Positions 46,649 to 55,228 of a stretch of DNA of 64,000 nt are shown piece by piece (the first letter of the stretch is position 1; the number at the start of each line of letters is the position of its first letter). The translations under genes and the position numbers were made by a program. The DNA is from Polyangiales bacterium. Its GTDB lineage: Bacteria; Myxococcota_A; Polyangia; Polyangiales; Polyangiaceae. The notes beneath the pieces were generated by a model. The model saw only the letters and a list, made by a program, of their open reading frames with translations. It did not search any database and was not told the origin of the DNA. Location: assembly GCA_038230375.1 (NCBI GenBank), contig JBBRNJ010000038.1, forward strand, positions 1 through 64,000, read 5' to 3'.

Positions 46649-47563
46649 ATGCAGTCCGAACGCCGCCCCTTTCAGCACCGTGATCCCCAGGCCGCCTTCT
46701 GTGAGCTCGAGACTGAAGCCCGTGGCTACCTTGCCAAGGCTGGCTCGCTCCAGTTCATCGCGGAGCTCTGGGATGTGCTCCAGAAGATGCCGCTCTCCTG
46801 GTGGGATGCCGACTTCACCCGCAAGATGTGGACGCCTCGTTCGCGCATGCGCTGGTTCACGGAGCGCGCCGACATTCGCCAGCGCGTCACGACCGCGCTC
46901 ACCGGGCTGCCGCCCAACACGGCCATGAAGCGCGACCCGCATTTCCAGTCGGAGCTCATCGACTCCGTCATCGACGACGGCGACATCAATGCGGACAAGT
47001 TCGAGTCTGCCTTTGACGCGTGCGAGATGGTCGTCTACGGCCCGGCGCGCGAGTTCTGGTCCGCATTCCGCGAGCGCATGCCGTGGGAAGAGGATGCACC
47101 GTCGCACAAGAAGCTGGTGTCGTGGAGCCTTCGTCAGCTCCTGTCCGAGCGCAGCACGCTGCTCGGCATGAGCCGCAAGCCGATCCTCACGGCGTGGGAC
47201 GTTCGTTCGTCGATCGACTCGCGTGTGTGGCAGTCACGGATGCCGCTCGAGATCCGCGTGGCCGTGGACGAGGCGCGTCTCCGCCACGAGAAGGCGCGAC
47301 CTCGCGACCCGTTCCACGCGCGCCACGAGCTCTCCATCTGCGTGCCCGAGCAGATCGCCGAACACATCCCGCTCGCGGAGATCGCCCCGGTCTTCTTCGC
47401 CGCGGAGAAGAGCATGGGCCTGCTGCCGATCGAGGAGGACCTTGGGCGCCACGCCGCGCTCGCGCACAACGACTTCGAGATCGAACGCGCGCCGAAGGAG
47501 AGCACCATGGTCCCGGCGATGCACCTGCCGCGCCTCTCGCTCGACCGGCTCACGGGGACCTGA
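46649..47563 (+). CDS. hypothetical protein
   Basis: Long ORF with strong codon bias, Trp-rich and helical; no recognisable motif. Confidence 0.8.
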   Translation: MQSERRPFQHRDPQAAFCELETEARGYLAKAGSLQFIAELWDVLQKMPLSWWDADFTRKMWTPRSRMRWFTERADIRQRVTTALTGLPPNTAMKRDPHFQSELIDSVIDDGDINADKFESAFDACEMVVYGPAREFWSAFRERMPWEEDAPSHKKLVSWSLRQLLSERSTLLGMSRKPILTAWDVRSSIDSRVWQSRMPLEIRVAVDEARLRHEKARPRDPFHARHELSICVPEQIAEHIPLAEIAPVFFAAEKSMGLLPIEEDLGRHAALAHNDFEIERAPKESTMVPAMHLPRLSLDRLTGT

Positions 47564-47570
47564 GTAGCAT

Positions 47571-48338
47571 TCAGCCCGCCAGCGCGTCCTTCACGGTGAC
47601 CACGACCATGTCCGCGAGCTTCTCGTAGAGCTCCGCGCCCTCGGTGGCGGTCGCCTCGGCCGGCGCGCCGGTGTACGCGCGGTCCATGCCGATCTCCGCG
47701 AACGTGGCCTTTCCAGCCGCGATGCCCGCAGACAAGCTCAGATCGAGCGCCGCGAGTTCCTTGTATTCTGCACGTACTTGCAACGGGTCCGCGGCGAGCA
47801 CCAGCGACGTCTCGTAGCGCCCGGCGTGGCAGGCGCCGCTCTTGAACTCCGCGGACAGCGTCCGTCCGAAGCGACGCTCCAGCGGACATGCGACCGACGC
47901 GCGCCCCTTCTCGAACGAAGCGATGGCAGCGCGGACCGCGGCGTCGTGCGCGGGCTCCAGATGATTGTTCACGATGCACACGTGCGAGACACCATCCGCA
48001 AGCAAGCGCGCGACGATGTCCGCCAGGAACGCCGTGAGCACTGCGGCGCGCACGCCAATGGCGCCCGCGAACCCTGCTGCGTAGTCCGTCACGCCGAACG
48101 GCACCGTGGCCGCGATGAGGACCTTCGTGCCATCCTTTGCGAGCGCGTCCGCGGCGCGCGTGCATGCGGCCTCGCTGATGATCGCGTCCGTGGCGAGCGG
48201 CAGGTGCGGTCCGTGCGGCTCCACGCTGCCTACGGGCAGGAGCACGCAGGTGTTGCCGCCGTCGAGCCATGCGAAAAACTCGGGGGACGTGAGCTCGGAG
48301 AGGTGTCGCGCCATCGGCGACTTTCTTAGCGCATTCAT
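47571..48338 (-). CDS. creatininase-family amidohydrolase
   Basis: LPVGSVEPHGPHLPLATD, NNHLE, HAGRYETS. Confidence 0.92.
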   Translation of the reverse strand: MNALRKSPMARHLSELTSPEFFAWLDGGNTCVLLPVGSVEPHGPHLPLATDAIISEAACTRAADALAKDGTKVLIAATVPFGVTDYAAGFAGAIGVRAAVLTAFLADIVARLLADGVSHVCIVNNHLEPAHDAAVRAAIASFEKGRASVACPLERRFGRTLSAEFKSGACHAGRYETSLVLAADPLQVRAEYKELAALDLSLSAGIAAGKATFAEIGMDRAYTGAPAEATATEGAELYEKLADMVVVTVKDALAG

Positions 48339-48340
48339 GC

Positions 48341-49741
48341 TCAGAATCCGAGGTCGTGCGGATCCTTCGTGGGCGCTGTGGTGGGCTGCGTGGTGGGCGC
48401 GGAGGACGGCGCTCCGCCCGCGGTTGCCTGTGCGCTCGCCTTCGGACGACCGCTCACGGTCGCTGTCGGAACCAGGTTTCGTCGCGGGTCCACCGGGCTG
48501 CCAGCGCCCGCGGCGACGAGCGCGTGCGTCGCGGAGGGGATGGCGCTAGGTGACGTCATCACGGTGGCCGCGCTCCCAGGCGTGGTGCTGGTGCCGACCG
48601 CCGCTGACGCGATCGTGAGCCTTGCGCTCGGAGAAGGTGCAGCCGACGGCGTGGGATCGCTTGTCGCCCCGCCGTGTCCCCGCGCGATGGCGACGGCCAC
48701 GCCGACCCCGACCAGCATGAAGACCAGCCCGACCACCATGACGAGCACCACGTTCGACTTCCTGGGCACGCCTGCGGCGGTGGTGTCGAGCTCGATCAGC
48801 GTCGATGCGTTGGCTGCGACCATCGTCACAGGATCCGCGTTCGCGTGATCCGGCACGGACATGATGGTGGCGTGTGCCGCGCCGCCACCGAGCAGCGCGG
48901 GTGTGAGCGCATCGATCAGCTCCTTCGCAGTCTGGAACCGACCCGCGGGATCGCGCGAGGTGGCCTTCGCGAACCACGCGTCGAAGCCAGGCGGAACGGC
49001 GGCGACGTGTGACGGAATGGGCGGCGGCGCGACCATGATCTTCATCAGCAGGTCGCCCAGCGCTTCGCTCTCGAAGGGCAGCTCTCCCGTGAGGCACTGG
49101 TAGGTGATGACGGCGATGGACCAGAGATCGCTGCGCGCGTCGATGGCCCGCGTGCCCTGCGCCTGCTCCGGGCTCATGTAGTAAGGCGTGCCGAGCATGG
49201 CGCCCGTCTTGGTGGTGCTGCCCACGTCGAAGGTGATGTTCTTGGCGATGCCAAAGTCGAGGATCTTGGCGATCTCGCGGTCGTCGTCCTTCACCAGGAA
49301 GATGTTCTCCGGCTTGATATCGCGGTGAACGATTCCCAGCGCGTGCGCCTTCGAGAGCGCGCGGCACACCTGTCCGAGGATGGCGACGATCTCTTCTGGC
49401 GTGAGCCGCAGGCCCTGGTCCTGCCGCTGCGCGATGCGATGGGCCAGATCCTCGCCGACCAGGAGCTCCATGACGATGAACGGGATGCCCTCCCACATCG
49501 AGTGATCGATGATCTGCACGACGTGCGGGCTACGCAGCGCGGCGGCGGCCTTGGCTTCGCGCTCGAAGCGGGCCTGCATCTCCGGCAGCTGCGCGTACTC
49601 GCCCTCGATGAACTTGATCGCGCACGGCGCGTCGAGGCCGAGCTGTGTGGCATGCCACACGGAGCCCATGCCCCCTTGACCGAGCTTGTGGTTCAGGCGA
49701 AACCGCCCTGCAACGACTACGTTCTCACCGGGTGTCGGCAT
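48341..49741 (-). CDS. membrane Ser/Thr protein kinase
   Basis: GQGGMG, AIK, HRDIKPEN, DFG, GTPYYMSPE; one TM helix; ends DLGF. Confidence 0.95.
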   Translation of the reverse strand: MPTPGENVVVAGRFRLNHKLGQGGMGSVWHATQLGLDAPCAIKFIEGEYAQLPEMQARFEREAKAAAALRSPHVVQIIDHSMWEGIPFIVMELLVGEDLAHRIAQRQDQGLRLTPEEIVAILGQVCRALSKAHALGIVHRDIKPENIFLVKDDDREIAKILDFGIAKNITFDVGSTTKTGAMLGTPYYMSPEQAQGTRAIDARSDLWSIAVITYQCLTGELPFESEALGDLLMKIMVAPPPIPSHVAAVPPGFDAWFAKATSRDPAGRFQTAKELIDALTPALLGGGAAHATIMSVPDHANADPVTMVAANASTLIELDTTAAGVPRKSNVVLVMVVGLVFMLVGVGVAVAIARGHGGATSDPTPSAAPSPSARLTIASAAVGTSTTPGSAATVMTSPSAIPSATHALVAAGAGSPVDPRRNLVPTATVSGRPKASAQATAGGAPSSAPTTQPTTAPTKDPHDLGF

Positions 49742-49793
49742 CGTTCCGCGGCTCAGCGATCCAGAGACTTCATCCGTATGCGAGCATACCGCC

Positions 49794-50255
49794 ATGCCCG
49801 TGATCCGCCTAGAGACCGTCATCGGAGCACCACGACAGAGGTGCTTCGACCTTGCCCGCAGCGTCAGCGCGCACCTCGGATCCACGGCAGACACGGGCGA
49901 GCGGGTCGTTTCAGGCCGCACGTCCGGGCTCATCGAGCTGGGGGAGGAGATCACGTGGGAGGCGCGGCACCTGGGCATTCGCCAGCGGCTCACGGCGCGC
50001 ATCACCAAGCTGGAGCCACCCGCGCGCTTCGTGGATGAGATGGTGAAGGGAGCGTTCGCCGAGTTCCAGCACACGCACGAGTTCGAGGAACTGAGCGACG
50101 GCCAGACGCTCATGCGCGACGTGTTCGCCTATCGGTCGCCGCTGGGCCCGCTGGGAAAGATCGCGGACGCGCTCTTCCTTGCGAGGTACATGAGGAGGTT
50201 CCTGGAGAAGCGGGCCGACTTCCTGAAGAAGCAGGCGGAGCAGACGACGGTGTGA
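49794..50255 (+). CDS. SRPBCC-family protein
   Basis: FDLARS..AH, ITWEARHLGIRQ, FVDEMVKGAF..F.H.H.F. Confidence 0.88.
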   Translation: MPVIRLETVIGAPRQRCFDLARSVSAHLGSTADTGERVVSGRTSGLIELGEEITWEARHLGIRQRLTARITKLEPPARFVDEMVKGAFAEFQHTHEFEELSDGQTLMRDVFAYRSPLGPLGKIADALFLARYMRRFLEKRADFLKKQAEQTTV

Positions 50256-50294
50256 ACTACGGCGCGGAGGGCGAACGGATCCGGGGTGGCGGAC

Positions 50295-51719
50295 CTACTC
50301 CATCGCCTTTCGCAGCTTTGCAATCTCTGCGGGCAGCGCGCGGATTTTCAGGTGTGTTCCCGCCTCGTCGTAGGTCTCCGAGAGGACCCGGGAGTTCTCG
50401 TACACCGCACCAAGCATGGATTGCTTGGCGTACGGGATGACGAGCTCGTCGTCCGTCATCGTGGACTCGAAGTGGTCGACGATGAGCTGACGGAGGCGCG
50501 TGACGTCCGCCGGGTCGAGCGCCGAGAGGACGATCGCGTCTGGGTGCTTGCGCAAGAGCGACGCGCGCTCGTCCGCGGAGAGGCGGTCGACCTTGTTGAG
50601 CAGCAGCTTGCTCGGCACCGTGTCCGCGCCGATCTCGCGGAGAACCTCGCGCGTGACAGCGAGCTCGGCCTCGTGCGTGGGGTCCGACGCGTCCACCACA
50701 TAGAGGAGGAGGGACGCCTCGAGCGCCTCGTCGAGCGTGGACCGAAAGGAGGCCACGAGATCGTGCGGGAGCTTCTGGATGAAGCCAACGGTGTCGCTCA
50801 CCAGGATGCGCGGCTTCGTCTCTGGTGAGAGCGCGCGCACCGTGGTGTCGAGCGTGGCAAAGAGCTTGTCCGCCACGAGCACGTCGCTGCCCGTCAGCCC
50901 GCGCATCAGGCTTGATTTCCCGGCGTTCGTGTACCCCACCAGCGCGACGCGCAGCTGATCACGACGCGCGTAGCGCCGGTTGTCCTGCTGCTTCTGGATC
51001 GCCTCGAGCTCCTCCTTCAGCTCCGCGATGCGGTCACGAACCTTCCGACGATCGAGCTCGATCGCCGCCTCGCCCGCGCCCCGTCCGCGCTGCCGCTCCT
51101 TGCCCCCAGGCGACTCGCGCATCCGCGGCGCCACGTACGTGAGCCGAGCAATCTCCACCTGCAGCCGAGCCTCCCGACTCCGAGCATGCCGATGAAAAAT
51201 ATCGACGATGACGCCAGTCCGATCGAGCACCTGAGCGCCAGTAGCCTTCTCCAGATTCCGCGCCTGACTGGGCGATATCTCCTGGTCGACGACCACGACT
51301 GTCGCCTTGCCGCTGTTCCCCCCGTCGCGGTCGTCATCGTTGTCGCCGTCGTCGTCGTTGTCGAAGTCGCCGTCGTTGTCGACGTCCTTGTCGACGTCGT
51401 CGTCGTCGCCGTCCTCTCCCGCCGCCTCCGCCTTCCACTTCGCCCGCGCCTTGGTCTTCACTTCCTTCGCGCCGGTGGACACGAGCCCATCCCCACCCGT
51501 GTATTCTGCAAGTTCCTTCAGCTTGCCCTCGCCGATCACCGCAGCAGCCGCAAGCCCGTCGCGCCGCTGGGTCACAACGCCGACCACGTCGTAGCCCAGC
51601 GTGGTCACAAGGCGCCCGAGCTCCGCGATGTCGGCCCGATGCTGTACGTCGTCCACGCCGGGAAGCTGGACGGAGACCAGCACGGCCAGAGGGCGTGCTG
51701 CTGCCGGATCGGACGTCAT
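50295..51719 (-). CDS. hflX: GTPase HflX
   Basis: IGEGK, VLDRT, ARLQVEIARL.Y, GYTNAGKSS, LFATLDTT, DTVGF, NKVD. Confidence 0.95.
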   Translation of the reverse strand: MTSDPAAARPLAVLVSVQLPGVDDVQHRADIAELGRLVTTLGYDVVGVVTQRRDGLAAAAVIGEGKLKELAEYTGGDGLVSTGAKEVKTKARAKWKAEAAGEDGDDDDVDKDVDNDGDFDNDDDGDNDDDRDGGNSGKATVVVVDQEISPSQARNLEKATGAQVLDRTGVIVDIFHRHARSREARLQVEIARLTYVAPRMRESPGGKERQRGRGAGEAAIELDRRKVRDRIAELKEELEAIQKQQDNRRYARRDQLRVALVGYTNAGKSSLMRGLTGSDVLVADKLFATLDTTVRALSPETKPRILVSDTVGFIQKLPHDLVASFRSTLDEALEASLLLYVVDASDPTHEAELAVTREVLREIGADTVPSKLLLNKVDRLSADERASLLRKHPDAIVLSALDPADVTRLRQLIVDHFESTMTDDELVIPYAKQSMLGAVYENSRVLSETYDEAGTHLKIRALPAEIAKLRKAME

Positions 51720-51759
51720 GGGCTGTCCAAGTAGCACGACATCACAGGAAACGAACGCC

Positions 51760-52017
51760 TCAGAGGCCCAGCTTTGCCGCCATCTCCTCCACCGCGCGCT
51801 TCGCCTCGGCCAGGCCGACGCTGTGCTTCACCTGATAGAGCTTCATCGCGCTCATCCGGTCAGACGCGATGATGAGCCGCTCGATCTCGTCGGGCGGCGG
51901 CCGGACGTCCTGGAACGCCATGTTCAGATGCCTGAAGAGGAAGTCCACCTTGCGATTGAGGAGGCCGACGTCCTGCGTGAGCGCATTCAGCCGCTTGTGA
52001 AGCTCATGATCATCCAT
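51760..52017 (-). CDS. small protein with L7/L12 C-terminal-like domain
   Basis: Coiled-coil LNRKVDFLFRHL followed by RMSAMKLYQVKHSVGLAEAKRAVE. Confidence 0.75.
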   Translation of the reverse strand: MDDHELHKRLNALTQDVGLLNRKVDFLFRHLNMAFQDVRPPPDEIERLIIASDRMSAMKLYQVKHSVGLAEAKRAVEEMAAKLGL

Positions 52018-52078
52018 GCCGCGACGATACCCGCAAAATGGGCCGATAAATGCTACTTTTCGCGAAGGGAGTGAAGCC

Positions 52079-52150
52079 TTGAACACGCAGGCGAGACCGA
52101 AGGGCGAGCATCTTGTGCAAGGCGTGCGACCGAAGGGAGTGACGCCTTGA
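52079..52150 (+). promoter_or_regulatory. putative leader peptide ORF / translational attenuator (MNTQARPKGEHLVQGVRPKGVTP)
   Basis: Own GGGAG SD and TTG; its TGA overlaps the downstream TTG; 21-bp direct repeat at 52063-52083 and 52131-52151; alternative stems. Confidence 0.6.
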
Positions 52151-52911
52151 AATTCGAGCAGCTCGATCGCCGCATGCGGGTCTACGAGACCGCGCACGAC
52201 CACTGCGTGCTCCCCGGCATGCACATGGTGGCGCGCATCGACGGGCGCTCGTTCTCGCAGCTCACGCGCGAGACGATGGCCCTCACCGAGCCGTACGACC
52301 TTCGCATGCGCGACTGTATGGTGAAGACGCTCGAGCACCTCTGCACGTCCGCGGGCTTCTCCGTGCTCTTCGGTTACACGCAGAGTGATGAGCTGAACCT
52401 GCTCCTCCGCCGCGAGGAGAACCTGTTCGGACGCAAGCTGCGCAAGCTCGTCTCCGTGCTCGCGGGCGAGGCCAGCGCGAAGTTCTCGCTGGAGCTCGGG
52501 AAGCTCGGCGCGTTCGACGCGCGCATCTCGCAGCTCCCCGGCGTGGACGATGTGGTGGACTACTTTCGCTGGCGCTCCGAGGACGCGCATCGCAACGCGC
52601 TGAACGGGCACTCTTACTGGCTCCTGCGCAAGCAGGGGCTGTCCGACCACGCCGCCACCGAGAAGCTCTCGGGCGTCTCGGTCGCCGACCGCAACGAGCT
52701 GCTTTTCCAGGCGGGCCTCAACTTCAACGACCTGCCGGCGTGGGAGCGCGGCGGCATCGCCGTGCAGTGGCGCGACGAGCCGCACCAGGGCAAGAACCCG
52801 AAGACGGGCGAGACCGTCACGAGCACGCGCAGGGTCCCGTTCGTGAACTACGAGCTGCCCATGAAGAGCGAGTTCGACGCGCTGGTCCGCGACATCGCCG
52901 AGAAGCAGTAG
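52147..52911 (+). CDS. tRNA(His) guanylyltransferase Thg1-like protein (3'-5' polymerase)
   Basis: RMRVYE, VARIDGRSFSQLT, YTQSDE, FDARI, DYFRWR..DAHRNALN. Confidence 0.94.
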   Translation: MKFEQLDRRMRVYETAHDHCVLPGMHMVARIDGRSFSQLTRETMALTEPYDLRMRDCMVKTLEHLCTSAGFSVLFGYTQSDELNLLLRREENLFGRKLRKLVSVLAGEASAKFSLELGKLGAFDARISQLPGVDDVVDYFRWRSEDAHRNALNGHSYWLLRKQGLSDHAATEKLSGVSVADRNELLFQAGLNFNDLPAWERGGIAVQWRDEPHQGKNPKTGETVTSTRRVPFVNYELPMKSEFDALVRDIAEKQ

Positions 52912-52921
52912 CGCGCTCGGA

Positions 52922-53335
52922 TCAGCGGTGGCGCGGCTCCAGCGTGGCCAGCAACGTCGCGGGTGGATGCACGGCGAAGCCCAGACCCTGCGGATAGTCC
53001 TTCAGGTTGCCGGTGATGATCGCGTCCGCCTTTCCTGCGAGCGCGACCTCCACGAAGATGCGATCGTCCTCGTCGGACATTGCACCGGCCCATGCCGTCG
53101 CGTCCAAGAGCTCCTCGCCGTGCAGAACGATCCTGCCGAGGAGGGCTGCGGTCCGCGCGAGGTCGATCTTCTTGAACTTGGGGCGCGCGAGCACGGTCCG
53201 GTACTCCGCGAGGATGCGCGCGTCGTAGAGCACGTGCGTGCCATGTGCCCAGATGGCATCGAGCGCAAGGTCCGGCACGCTGCCCGCCTTCCACAGGGCG
53301 GAGATGAGCACGTTGGTGTCCAGGACGACGCGCAC
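52922..53335 (-). CDS. PIN-domain protein (putative toxin)
   Basis: MRVVLDTNVLISAL, ILAEY..VL.RPKF, DEDDRIF, ADAIITGN.KDY. Confidence 0.92.
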   Translation of the reverse strand: MRVVLDTNVLISALWKAGSVPDLALDAIWAHGTHVLYDARILAEYRTVLARPKFKKIDLARTAALLGRIVLHGEELLDATAWAGAMSDEDDRIFVEVALAGKADAIITGNLKDYPQGLGFAVHPPATLLATLEPRHR

Positions 53336-53342
53336 GCGCGGC

Positions 53343-55103
53343 TCAGGAAAAGCCGGGCAACGGTGGCAGCGGCGGCGTGGAAGGTGATGGCGGCGTGGAA
53401 GGTGATGGCGGCGCCGGCGGTGCGGAGGCCCGCGTCGACTGCTTCTTCGCCTTCTCCCCCGCTCGCTTCTGCGAGAGGTAGTTGTCCCAGTTGCCCGCGT
53501 ACCGCGTGAGCTTGCCCTCGCCCTCGAAGGCCAGGACCGAGGTGACGACGCGGTCGAGGAAGAAGCGATCGTGGCTGACGCAGAGGACGCAGCCGGGCCA
53601 GCTCTCGATCAGATCAGCGACGGAGGCGAGCGTTGCAATGTCGAGATCGTTCGTGGGCTCGTCCAGGAGCAGGACGTTCGCGCCCGTCTTCAGCGCGAGC
53701 GCAAGGGCCACGCGGGCGCGCTCCCCACCGGAGAGCGCGGACACCTTTCGCCGTAGAGCCGCGCCCTCGAAGAGGAACAGCTCCAGGTACGCGCGCATCT
53801 GCATCTCGCGGTCGCCGATCATCACCATGCCGGCGCCGGTCTTGTCGGAGTGCTCGCGCTCGGTGACGTTGTCGAGCACGGTCCAGTCATCCTTGAGCGT
53901 GGTGCGCGCCTGATCGAAGTACGCAAATTTGGTCTTCTCCCCGCGTACCACCTTGCCGGACGTGGGCGCGAGCTCCGCCGTGACCAGCTTGAGGAGCGTG
54001 GTCTTCCCCGCCCCGTTCGGACCGACGATGCCGACACGATCGCCCTTCACGAGCCGCATCGTGAAGTCGTTGATGAGGCGACGGCCGCCAAGGTCCAGGG
54101 AGACGTCGAGCATCTCCAGGATCGTCCCTCCAAGACGCGAGGAGCCGGCCTCGAGCCCCGTGAGCTCGACCTCGCCACGCGCGCGCGGTCCCTCGATGGC
54201 GATCGCCGTCTCTGCGCGCTGGATGCGGGATTTCTGCTTCGTGGAGCGCGCCTTCGGCTGACGCCGCAGCCAGTCGATCTCCTTGCGAAGGAAGTTCTGA
54301 CGATTGGACTCCGCGCGCTCGGCGTGGGCATAACGCTCCGCCTTCTGCACCAGGAAGTCCTCGAACATGGAGGCCTGATCGGTGCGCTTGGTGTACTCGG
54401 TGAGGCGCCCGTCCTCCAGGTCGAAGACGCGCGTGGCGACGTTGTCCATCAGGTAGCGATCGTGCGTGACCAGGAGCACGGCGCCCGGGAACTCGTTCAC
54501 CAGGTACTCCTCGAGCCAGATGATGGTGTCGGCGTCGAGATGGTTCGTGGGCTCGTCGAAGATGGCCAGGTCGGGCTTCGCGATCAGGATGCGCGCCAGG
54601 GCAACCCGGCGCTTCTCGCCGCCGCTCATGGTCCCGACGGGCCGCTCGACATGCTGGACGCCCAGGTGGAGGAGAACCTCGTCTACCTCGTGATCGCGCG
54701 ACCACCCACCGAGCCGCTCCACGTCCTCCGCGAGTGACGCCTGCTCGTGCAGCACCTCCTCGCTGGTCTCGCCGCCCTCGATGCGCGCAGAGACCGCGTC
54801 GTATCGCTCCTTTGCGCCGTGCCAGAGCGCGAGGCCCTCGCGGGCGATCTCTCGCGGCGTCCGCTCCGGATCGAGCACGGGCTCCTGCGGCAGATAGAGG
54901 ATGGTCGCATCGCGTCGGCGGTCGATGGTGCCACCATCCAGCGGCTCGAGACCCGCGAGCACGCGAAGCAGCGTCGACTTTCCAGTGCCATTGGGCCCGA
55001 GCAGCGCGACCTTCTCTCCACGGCGGATCGTGAACGTCGCCTGGTCGAAGAGTGGCCGCAGGCCGTAGGCCTTGGAGACGCCGTGAGCGGTGAGGACGGG
55101 CAT
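53343..55103 (-). CDS. ABC-F family ATPase (Uup-like)
   Basis: GPNGTGKST, MSGGEKRR, DEPTNHLD, WLRRQPKARSTKQK linker, GPNGAGKTT, LSGGERAR; no TM segments. Confidence 0.93.
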   Translation of the reverse strand: MPVLTAHGVSKAYGLRPLFDQATFTIRRGEKVALLGPNGTGKSTLLRVLAGLEPLDGGTIDRRRDATILYLPQEPVLDPERTPREIAREGLALWHGAKERYDAVSARIEGGETSEEVLHEQASLAEDVERLGGWSRDHEVDEVLLHLGVQHVERPVGTMSGGEKRRVALARILIAKPDLAIFDEPTNHLDADTIIWLEEYLVNEFPGAVLLVTHDRYLMDNVATRVFDLEDGRLTEYTKRTDQASMFEDFLVQKAERYAHAERAESNRQNFLRKEIDWLRRQPKARSTKQKSRIQRAETAIAIEGPRARGEVELTGLEAGSSRLGGTILEMLDVSLDLGGRRLINDFTMRLVKGDRVGIVGPNGAGKTTLLKLVTAELAPTSGKVVRGEKTKFAYFDQARTTLKDDWTVLDNVTEREHSDKTGAGMVMIGDREMQMRAYLELFLFEGAALRRKVSALSGGERARVALALALKTGANVLLLDEPTNDLDIATLASVADLIESWPGCVLCVSHDRFFLDRVVTSVLAFEGEGKLTRYAGNWDNYLSQKRAGEKAKKQSTRASAPPAPPSPSTPPSPSTPPLPPLPGFS

Positions 55104-55138
55104 GTGCGGGGACCCACTAGCAGCAAAGCGACCCCAAC

Positions 55139-55228
55139 ATCGACAACGACTTCGACCTCGACCTCGACCTCGACCTCGACCTCGACCTCGACCTCGACCT
55201 CGACCTCGACCTCGACCTCGACCTCGAC
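55139..55228. repeat. (CTCGAC)12 perfect microsatellite with degenerate flank
   Basis: Perfect units at 55157-55228, immediately downstream of the CoA-ligase stop. Confidence 0.95.

Noticed and set aside
47571..48338. Creatininase as mycofactocin peptidase MftE of a RiPP cluster
   Set aside because: There is no radical SAM enzyme, precursor or other mft gene nearby
49742..50113. N-terminal extension of the 590-aa kinase ORF
   Set aside because: It overlaps the SRPBCC gene on the opposite strand; the kinase domain begins right after Met 49741
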